Part shown: one piece after another, positions 19,536 to 26,981 of the stretch
Numbering within the stretch: the first letter of the stretch is position 1
Layout of the letters: every line of letters begins with the position of its first letter
Notes under the pieces: generated by a model
Database searches by the model: none
Seen by the model: the letters and a program-made list of their open reading frames with translations, nothing else
Told to the model about the DNA's origin: nothing
Program-made: the position numbers and the translations under genes
Source: an uncultured Mycoplasmatota bacterium
Lineage (GTDB): Bacteria; Bacillota_I; Bacilli_A; RF39; UBA660
Assembly (NCBI GenBank): GCA_947642475.1
Contig: CANRSQ010000003.1
Span: forward strand, 1-52,838
DNA length: 52,838 nucleotides
Reading direction: 5' to 3'

Positions 19536-19820
19536 TTAAGCTGCTTTTTGCATAGACATATCTTGTTTATATGTATGTGCGTTTTGTATTTCTTCTATTT
19601 CCATTTTTGCAATTTCTATATTTTTAACATCAATTGTATTCCTAGTGTTTTCTGGGTAGTAGTTTTCGTTTAAACAAAAATATTCTGGATTTTTAGCTGC
19701 TGCACTTGGATATAGCTGTGCATATGTTTTTTGTTTTTCAAAAGGATTTGTTGGTAAACCTCTTTTTCTATTTTCTAGATCATTGTTTAAATCGTCAATA
19801 AATTTTTGTACTTTTTCCAT
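19536..19820 (-). CDS. Hypothetical 94-aa protein
   Basis: The ATG at 19820 follows a GGAGGG RBS that overlaps the end of the upstream gene. No family recognised. Confidence 0.5.
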   Translation of the reverse strand: MEKVQKFIDDLNNDLENRKRGLPTNPFEKQKTYAQLYPSAAAKNPEYFCLNENYYPENTRNTIDVKNIEIAKMEIEEIQNAHTYKQDMSMQKAA

Positions 19821-19821
19821 A

Positions 19822-20355
19822 CTATTTACCCTCCGCTTCAATCATTGCCCTTACTATACTCTTTGAATCATTACCAAAATAAGCGTTATACATGGTATCT
19901 TCACCAATGGCTTTGCTTATTAAGTTAGTCATAATAATTTCATCTGTGAAGAAGTTGTTTTCAACGTCACCTACTAAGTTATTTGTGATTATTTCAGTAT
20001 AGCCTTCATTAAGTGCGACTAAAGTGTTTTCTTCATTATTAAATCCATAGTAATTATCTTTGGCTGTAATCATTCCTAAAAGGCAGTGCATAAGCCAGTG
20101 CTTAGCATCACATTCTTCGAATAATCCTAAATTGATTAAAAGTTCGTTTGTATATGGATTATATTTACATGGAAGTTTTACTAAAAACATACTTTCCCTT
20201 TTTATGATTAGAGTCTTAAGTCGTTCATTAAGATTAGCTAAGTCAATTTCTTTAAAGTTATTGTTAAAGATAGTTATTAGTTCTAATAAGTCATCTTTTA
20301 CTTCCTTTGTAATATTTTCGTTTGCATTAAGCGTAGTCTTAATTGTTTCGATCAT
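19822..20355 (-). CDS. Degenerate paralogue of the 4799..5596 zincin-like protein (metal motif lost)
   Basis: WLMHCLLGMI...ALNEGYTEIIT...AIGEDTMYNAYFGND aligns with LLHETMHMCGG...LEEGIHELKT...ILGKQTMDIIAFLTDD. The ATG at 20355 follows an AGGTGAT RBS. Confidence 0.5.
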   Translation of the reverse strand: MIETIKTTLNANENITKEVKDDLLELITIFNNNFKEIDLANLNERLKTLIIKRESMFLVKLPCKYNPYTNELLINLGLFEECDAKHWLMHCLLGMITAKDNYYGFNNEENTLVALNEGYTEIITNNLVGDVENNFFTDEIIMTNLISKAIGEDTMYNAYFGNDSKSIVRAMIEAEGK

Positions 20356-20527
20356 ATTTCCAATCACCTGCTTTGTATTATATCACATCTACTTTAAAAT
20401 GACAATGTTAATTTTAAATTTGTTTGACACTTTTGGTTTACATTTATCTATTTGACATTGGGTGTGTAAAGCATTTAACGTTTGCTTTAATATGTAAAAT
20501 ATTATATAATTATTAGAGGTGATAACT

Positions 20528-21682
20528 ATGTATAGAAAGACTTATGCTTTAATAGATTTGGATATCTTGAAAAATAATGTAAAGGACATTGTTAGTAAGT
20601 ATCCTTATAAATATTATATCGGCGTTGTAAAGGCTAATGCTTATGGTCATGGTGACTACTCTATTAATAGTTTAATTGATGGTGGCATTAATTATTTGGC
20701 GGCTTCTTCTTTGGAGGAGTGTTTGAGTTTAAGAGAAAGAAATAGTTCTATCCCTATTTTGTGTTTAGAACCTATTGCTTACGATTTTTTAAATTTATGT
20801 GAATCTAATAATATTACGATTACTATTCCTGATATGGATTATTTTGATGGACTTGATAAATGTTTAAATTTAAAGTGCCATATTAAAATTGATAATGGAA
20901 TGAATCGTTTAGGTTTTAAAGATAAGAATGAGGTTAAGTTAGTGGTTGATAGTCTTAATGAAAGTTCTATTACTTTAGAGGGTATTTATACTCATTTTGC
21001 GACTAGTGGAATGTGGGACAAGCATTTTGATGATGGACTTAATAATTTTAAAGAGATTACTAGTTTGATTGATTTATCTAAAATACCTATTGTTCATTTA
21101 GGCAGATCTTTAACTATGGTTCAACATGAGATGCCTTCTTTCGTTAATGGTGTTAGACTTGGAATTATTATGTTTGGGTTTGCTCAAAAAATGAGTGAGC
21201 CTACTGGTCTTAGACTTATTAAAAGAAATCACTATATTAAAAAACATGGTATTAGTCCTGTTAAGTTAAGTAATGATTTGGATTTAAATACAGCCTTTAG
21301 TTTACATTCTGAGATTATGTGTATTAAAGATGTTAAGGCGGGAGAGTATGTTGGCTATGGGGCTAAATACGTGGCTGATAAGGATATAAAAATTGGAATT
21401 ATGCCTATTGGGTTTGCGGATGGTCTTTTGAAGGCTAATGAAGGCCTTATGGTTAAAATTGGTGGTAAGGAGTACCCTATTATTGGTGAACTTGGTATGG
21501 ATATGACAACGGTCATGATTGATGATTCAGTTAAATTGCATGACGAAGTTATTATTTATGATAATATTTCTAAAAGAACAAAGGAACTTGGCGTAAGTGC
21601 TTATCAGTTATTTACTTCTGTTACTAACAGGGTTCCTCGTGTTTATAAGGAAGAAGATAAGTTTACGGAAATTAAATACTAG
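20528..21682 (+). CDS. alr: Alanine racemase
   Basis: PLP-lysine motif VVKANAYGHG and C-terminal TNRVPRVY. The ATG at 20528 follows an AGAGGTGA RBS. Confidence 0.85.
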   Translation: MYRKTYALIDLDILKNNVKDIVSKYPYKYYIGVVKANAYGHGDYSINSLIDGGINYLAASSLEECLSLRERNSSIPILCLEPIAYDFLNLCESNNITITIPDMDYFDGLDKCLNLKCHIKIDNGMNRLGFKDKNEVKLVVDSLNESSITLEGIYTHFATSGMWDKHFDDGLNNFKEITSLIDLSKIPIVHLGRSLTMVQHEMPSFVNGVRLGIIMFGFAQKMSEPTGLRLIKRNHYIKKHGISPVKLSNDLDLNTAFSLHSEIMCIKDVKAGEYVGYGAKYVADKDIKIGIMPIGFADGLLKANEGLMVKIGGKEYPIIGELGMDMTTVMIDDSVKLHDEVIIYDNISKRTKELGVSAYQLFTSVTNRVPRVYKEEDKFTEIKY

Positions 21683-21696
21683 AAGGATTTGATAAT

Positions 21697-22905
21697 ATGG
21701 ATTTTGAAGTAGTTATTTTAGGTAGTGATGCGAATGCTTATTATATGGCCAGATGTGTTCACGAGGCTTATGGTCGTAAGGTTAAGGTTATTTCTAATAC
21801 GCCTATGAGTTTTGTTAATCACTCTAATATTATAGAGGCTAAGTATGATAATAGATTATGGGACATTGATAAGTTTCCTTTGGTTTTAAATGAATTTGTA
21901 TCTGGAATAGATGCAAAAAAAATTGTTTGTATCAGTTCTAATGAGACTTATGCTAGAGGACTTGTTAGTAATAAGGATAAATTAGATCCTCGTATTGTTT
22001 TTAATTATGTTGATTTAGATTTTTTAGAGTCTTTGATGATGAAGGATTTATTTTATGAGAAATATAAGGATTCGGGATTTTTACCTAAGACGATTATTTA
22101 TGATTTAAATGATGAGTTAAAAATTGATTTTGACTTCCCTATTATTATTAAGCCTAATGATGTAATTGATTTTAATCATATTAATTTTGAGGGTAAGAAA
22201 AAGATATATAAACTTAATAATATGGATGAGGTTAATTATACTATAGATTGTTTTAGAAAAAGTTCTTATAAAGGTAAATTAATTATTCAAGAATATATCC
22301 CTGGTGATGATAGTGCCCTATTTGATGGAGTTGTATACTGTTCATCTAAGGGAAAATGTGAGTTATTTGCTTTTGCTCAGATTGGTCTTCAAGAACATAC
22401 GGCTAAAATGGTTGGTAATGCAGCGTGCTTAATTAATGGTTTTAGTACTAATGGCTATGATAAGGATGTTATTATGGGCTTTAAGGACTTTATGGAAAAG
22501 ATTAATTTCAAGGGTCTTGCTGAACTTGATATTAAGTATGATGCTCGTGATGGAAAGTATAAGATTTTAGAAATTAATGCTCGTCAAGGTAGATGTAGTT
22601 ATTATGTTACAGCGGCTGGTTATAATTTGGTTAAATTAGTTGTTGATGATTTAGTTTATGGTATAGAAAACGACTTTGTTTTAGCGGATAAAGAATTATT
22701 ATTAACTTATGTACCTAAACGTATTATTAAAAAGTATGTGGTTAATGATGAATTTAAGAAAAAGGCTATGGAGTTATATAAGTCTGGAAATGTTGTTAAT
22801 CCTATAGTTTATAAAAAGGATATGCCATTTAAACGTATTTTGTTTTTGGTGAGAAAACATTTTAGATATTTTAAAGATTATAAAAATGGGTACTGGAAAT
22901 ATTAG
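21697..22905 (+). CDS. ATP-grasp carboxylate--amine ligase (D-aspartate-ligase-like family)
   Basis: N-terminus VVILGSDANAYYMARCVHEAYG and ATP-grasp blocks LIIQEYIPGDD and ELDIKYD...YKILEINARQGR. Confidence 0.7.
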   Translation: MDFEVVILGSDANAYYMARCVHEAYGRKVKVISNTPMSFVNHSNIIEAKYDNRLWDIDKFPLVLNEFVSGIDAKKIVCISSNETYARGLVSNKDKLDPRIVFNYVDLDFLESLMMKDLFYEKYKDSGFLPKTIIYDLNDELKIDFDFPIIIKPNDVIDFNHINFEGKKKIYKLNNMDEVNYTIDCFRKSSYKGKLIIQEYIPGDDSALFDGVVYCSSKGKCELFAFAQIGLQEHTAKMVGNAACLINGFSTNGYDKDVIMGFKDFMEKINFKGLAELDIKYDARDGKYKILEINARQGRCSYYVTAAGYNLVKLVVDDLVYGIENDFVLADKELLLTYVPKRIIKKYVVNDEFKKKAMELYKSGNVVNPIVYKKDMPFKRILFLVRKHFRYFKDYKNGYWKY

Positions 22906-22920
22906 AAAGGAAAGTTTATT

Positions 22921-24768
22921 ATGTGTGGTTTTTGTGGATATGTAAATAAGAAAGAAAAATCAAAAGATGAAATTAAAAAAATGACTGATGCAATTAGTCA
23001 CAGGGGACCTGATGATGAAAGTTATTATATTGATGATGATATTGCAATGGGATTTAGACGTTTATCTATTATTGATTTGAAAAATGGTAGACAACCTATG
23101 AGTAATGAAGATGATAGTATGGTTATTACTTTTAATGGTGAAATTTATAATTTTAAATCTATTAAGAAAGATTTGATTAGTAAGGGTCATATTTTTAAAA
23201 CTAATGCGGATACGGAAGTTATTTTGCACGGTTATGAGGAATATGGTGAAAATATCTTAAGTAAGTTACGTGGTATGTTTGCGTTTGTTATTTGGGATAA
23301 GAATAAGAAGGAATTATTTGGAGCTCGTGATCATTTTGGTCAAAAACCTTTTTATTACTGTGATATGAATGGGACTTTTATGTACGGTTCTGAGATTAAG
23401 AGTTTCTTATATAATTCTGATTTTGTTAAAGAGGTTAATAAGGATTCTTTAAAACCTTATTTAACTTTCCAAACTTCGGTTTTGGAGGAAACTTTCTTTA
23501 AGGGTGTTTATAAATTACTACCTGGTCATTATTTTAAATATAATTTGGAATCTTCAGAATTTTTTACTAAGAAGTATTATCAAATTGTGTTTGATGCGAA
23601 GGAGCAAGATTTTGATAGTTTAGTTAAAAAGATTGATGATACTATTACTTCTTCTATTGATACTCATATGATTAGTGATGTTGAGATTGGTTCTTATTTA
23701 TCTGGTGGGATTGATTCATCTTATGTTGTTTCTTATTTGAAACCTGATAAGACTTTCTCGGTTGGATTTGATTACAAGAATTTTAATGAGGTTCCTTTTG
23801 CGAAGGATTTATCTGACATGCTTCATATTGAAAATATTAATGAGTTAATTGATTCTGATGATTTCTTTGATGTTATTGATAAGGTTCAATATTATGCGGA
23901 TGAACCTACGGCTAATTTATCGGCTGTACCTTTATATTTTTTATCTGATTTGGCTAGTAAGCATGTTAAGGTTGTTTTATCTGGTGAAGGTGCGGATGAG
24001 TTATTTGGTGGGTATACTTTTTATAAGGAAGATGATTTATTAATTAAGTATCGTAAGTTGCCTAAGTTTTTACGTAAGGCGGTTAAGGGTATTGTTTCTC
24101 CCCTACCTGAGTTTCATGGTAAAAATTTCTTAACTAAGGGTGGAAGTAAAATTGAAGATTATTATGTTGGTAATGCTTTTGTATTTGATAATAAGGATGC
24201 GAATAAGGTTTTATCTCCTACGTATCAAAGTAAGGTTAGATTCCAAGACATTACTAAGCCTTATTATGATGAGGTTAAGGATAAGGATGATTTAACGAAG
24301 ATGCAGTATCTTGATATGCATTTTTGGCTTCCTAATGATATTTTACTGAAGGCTGATAAAATGGCGATGGCTAATTCTTTGGAATTACGTGTACCTATTT
24401 TGGATAAGGAAGTTTTTGCTTTAGCAAGTACTATTCCTAGTGAGTATAAATTATCTCATGGAACTACTAAGTATATTTTAAGGCAGGCGGCTTCATCTAG
24501 AATTCCTGAGGAATGGTATAAGAGACCTAAGAAAGGTTTCCCTGTTCCTATTATTAAGTGGTTTAGAGAAGAAAAATATTATAATTTGGCTAAGGAAATT
24601 TTTAATGCTGATTTTGCTTCTGAATTCTTTAATGTTAAGGAAATAAATAAAATGCTTGATGAGCATTATAGTGGTAAAAAGAATCATTGCCGTAAGATTT
24701 GGACTGTTTATGTTTTCTTAGTTTGGTATAAAACTTTCTTTGTTGATTTTGAAAAAGGCATAGCTTAG
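22921..24768 (+). CDS. Asparagine synthase (glutamine-hydrolysing) family amidotransferase
   Basis: N-terminal nucleophile MCGFCGY and PP-loop YLSGGIDSSYV. 615 aa. Confidence 0.85.
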   Translation: MCGFCGYVNKKEKSKDEIKKMTDAISHRGPDDESYYIDDDIAMGFRRLSIIDLKNGRQPMSNEDDSMVITFNGEIYNFKSIKKDLISKGHIFKTNADTEVILHGYEEYGENILSKLRGMFAFVIWDKNKKELFGARDHFGQKPFYYCDMNGTFMYGSEIKSFLYNSDFVKEVNKDSLKPYLTFQTSVLEETFFKGVYKLLPGHYFKYNLESSEFFTKKYYQIVFDAKEQDFDSLVKKIDDTITSSIDTHMISDVEIGSYLSGGIDSSYVVSYLKPDKTFSVGFDYKNFNEVPFAKDLSDMLHIENINELIDSDDFFDVIDKVQYYADEPTANLSAVPLYFLSDLASKHVKVVLSGEGADELFGGYTFYKEDDLLIKYRKLPKFLRKAVKGIVSPLPEFHGKNFLTKGGSKIEDYYVGNAFVFDNKDANKVLSPTYQSKVRFQDITKPYYDEVKDKDDLTKMQYLDMHFWLPNDILLKADKMAMANSLELRVPILDKEVFALASTIPSEYKLSHGTTKYILRQAASSRIPEEWYKRPKKGFPVPIIKWFREEKYYNLAKEIFNADFASEFFNVKEINKMLDEHYSGKKNHCRKIWTVYVFLVWYKTFFVDFEKGIA

Positions 24769-24775
24769 GCTATGT
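24758..24775. terminator. Hairpin at the overlapping convergent stops (possible bidirectional terminator)
   Basis: GCATAGC-ttag-GCTATGT with flanking A-run/T-run. Short stem. Confidence 0.5.
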
Positions 24776-25961
24776 CTTTTGGTTTGTTAAATTCTTTATT
24801 CATTAAATATTTAAGGATTATTAATTTTATAAAGTAGTTAAGGGTTGTAGCAAGTCCGAAGGCTATTAAGGCGTATTTGGTGTGTAAGAATAATATACAT
24901 GGAATTATGGCTATACATGCTGCAATAAGGGCATTAATTACTAGGAATTTAGATTTTCCTTGGCAAACACAAATTGTTTTATATGTTTCGTATGGTAAAA
25001 GTGCGAATACACTAAATGAATAGAAAATTATGTATGGAAAACATTTTTCTATTGGCAAACTTCCATGAGAAACTATTAAGTATACTAAGCATAATATGTA
25101 GTTAGCAATTATTATTATTTTTGAACATTGTTTTTTTAGTTCTGTTAGTACTTGATATTGTTTATCATAACTTTCATTTAATGGAACATTTATCATTTGG
25201 GATGCTTGATAGGCATCAGTAATTATTTCAAGTCTGATAGCGACAGCAAAACAAACTACGTGTATTGCGTACATTTCTGTTCCTAAATGGCTGGCTAATA
25301 AAGTATATATTAACAAATAAATACTTATAATTAATCTTTCAATTAATATTGGAACTCCATATTTTAAAACGTTGTTTATATCTTCTTTATTTGGTAACAT
25401 GAACTTTAGTTTTAGGTTATATAACATATAGATTATTGTTATTATCCAAGATATAATTGTAGCGGTGAAAAGTAAAACTAGGTTTTTTGTAAAGAAGAAT
25501 GCAAGGGCATCAAATGATATTAAACATATATAAAATAGTAATAAACTTTTATTATATAATTTAATATTACCTTTTAATCTAACCATTTCAAATATGGCAT
25601 TTGATGTTCTTCCTATTACTACATAAAATACATAAATATTTAGAATGCTTAGCAATAACTGTCTTTGGTAATTAGTTAGTTCAAACATATTAACGATATA
25701 GTCTTTTGTTAAAAATATAATTATTCCTATTATGAGACTGGATACTATATTAACTAATAAATATGCCCATTCGTTTTTTCTTACTGTTCGGTATGCGGCT
25801 ATTCCTAATTGGCATATAGCATTTAGGATTAGATCTATTGTAAATAAACAACCACATACAACTATGGCATTTATACTTATTGCGTTATTAAAAAATGAAT
25901 CTACATTGTCTGCAAATCCCATTAAAACAAAACTAATTAATAATGATATAAATTCTTTCAT
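24765..25961 (-). CDS. Polytopic membrane protein, MATE/MOP-superfamily-like transporter
   Basis: 398 aa with about 12 hydrophobic helices. GGTGGGAG RBS. The family assignment is weak. Confidence 0.5.
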   Translation of the reverse strand: MKEFISLLISFVLMGFADNVDSFFNNAISINAIVVCGCLFTIDLILNAICQLGIAAYRTVRKNEWAYLLVNIVSSLIIGIIIFLTKDYIVNMFELTNYQRQLLLSILNIYVFYVVIGRTSNAIFEMVRLKGNIKLYNKSLLLFYICLISFDALAFFFTKNLVLLFTATIISWIITIIYMLYNLKLKFMLPNKEDINNVLKYGVPILIERLIISIYLLIYTLLASHLGTEMYAIHVVCFAVAIRLEIITDAYQASQMINVPLNESYDKQYQVLTELKKQCSKIIIIANYILCLVYLIVSHGSLPIEKCFPYIIFYSFSVFALLPYETYKTICVCQGKSKFLVINALIAACIAIIPCILFLHTKYALIAFGLATTLNYFIKLIILKYLMNKEFNKPKDIA

Positions 25962-25995
25962 ACTCCCACCGTTTTTAATTATATCATAAAGTAGG

Positions 25996-26871
25996 TTATT
26001 TTTGTTGTATTAATTTACTTATATTCCCTTGATCCATTTTGTTTATAGCAAAGCATTTTTTACCTAAATCTTTTAGTGACGCTCCAATATGATATAGTTC
26101 AGTGTTATCTAGAATTATAAATCTATCATGAAAGTTATTTACTTTTCTTATTGTTACATTTTCATATTGTAAGTTAAATTTTTCTATATCTAAATTTGAT
26201 TTGATGTTTTTTGTCCATATTTCTACTTTTACATTTTCATTTTTATAAATTAAAATATCTAATATGGTTTTATCTATATAATTATCAATAATTATTATTT
26301 TATCTTTAGCTTTTCTAATAAGATTTATAAGTAAGCTATATGCATCGTATATTTGTCCATCATAAAATAGTTTTTCTTTTAAGTCTGGTTTGTTTTCTAA
26401 TTTATCAAAGATAAGATTGAATTTTTCATCATTTTCTAATAGTTTATATTCTACTTTAGTTAATCTATTAAATACATCAGCATTATGTGAAATAAATTGC
26501 CGCATACATACAAAGGCGTCCATGATATTTATACTAACTTCAACTGACTTAGTTGTTTTTAAAACTGCAGACAGCATTGCAACACCTTGTTCTGTAAAAA
26601 CATAAGGTAAATATTTTGAGTACTTTCCTTGTTTTAGTTCTAAGGTCACAGATTGTGACCTTAGAATTTTTTTATATTCTTCTTTCGTTAATTGAAACCT
26701 GAATCTTTCTGGGAATCTTTCTATATTTCTGTTAACAGCTTGATTAAACGCTTTTGTTCCACTCTTATATCCATATAACTTAGCTAAATCAGAATCTAAC
26801 ATAACTTGTTTCCCTCTTATTTCATATATCATGTCTTTTATTTCTTTTTCTTTAATAACTATTTCTGCCAT
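25996..26871 (-). CDS. ORF6N (KilA-N-related) domain protein with PLD-like C-terminal motif
   Basis: IRGKQVMLDSDLAKLYGYKSGTKAFNQAVNRNIERFPERFRFQLTKEE is a typical ORF6N block. C-terminal HDRFIILDNTELYHIGAS resembles HxK(x)4D...GS with K replaced by R. Confidence 0.75.
   Translation of the reverse strand: MAEIVIKEKEIKDMIYEIRGKQVMLDSDLAKLYGYKSGTKAFNQAVNRNIERFPERFRFQLTKEEYKKILRSQSVTLELKQGKYSKYLPYVFTEQGVAMLSAVLKTTKSVEVSINIMDAFVCMRQFISHNADVFNRLTKVEYKLLENDEKFNLIFDKLENKPDLKEKLFYDGQIYDAYSLLINLIRKAKDKIIIIDNYIDKTILDILIYKNENVKVEIWTKNIKSNLDIEKFNLQYENVTIRKVNNFHDRFIILDNTELYHIGASLKDLGKKCFAINKMDQGNISKLIQQK
26638..26666. repeat. Perfect intragenic inverted repeat, 13-bp arms with a 3-nt spacer
   Basis: TTCTAAGGTCACA-gat-TGTGACCTTAGAA inside the ORF6N CDS. 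It encodes ILRSQSVTLE in frame. Confidence 0.95.
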
Positions 26872-26913
26872 TACACACCTCCTTTATCATAATTATTAAA
26901 TTGCCCCTCAATT

Positions 26914-26961
26914 ATAATATACGATATTTGATAGGCAAATTCCTGCAAGAAAATGAAAAAA
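26914..26961. promoter_or_regulatory. Conserved 48-nt upstream module, copy A
   Basis: ATAATATACG - 14 nt - AATTCCTGCAAGAAAATGAAAAAA. The same two blocks with the same spacing occur at 37958..38005. It overlaps a plausible TTGCCT-16-TATAAT promoter of the ORF6N gene. Confidence 0.7.
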
Positions 26962-26981
26962 AACTGCATTTTTTGTGCAGT
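26955..26981 (-). terminator. Rho-independent terminator of clpC
   Basis: ACTGCAC-loop-TGCAGT followed by T8 on the minus strand, directly after the stop. Confidence 0.8.

Noticed and set aside
20430-20475. Two TTTGACA motifs 28 nt apart in the divergent intergenic region upstream of alr.
   Set aside because: They are probably just alternative -35-like hexamers. The best promoter fit is TTGCTT-17-TATAAT further downstream. The evidence for a regulatory repeat is insufficient.
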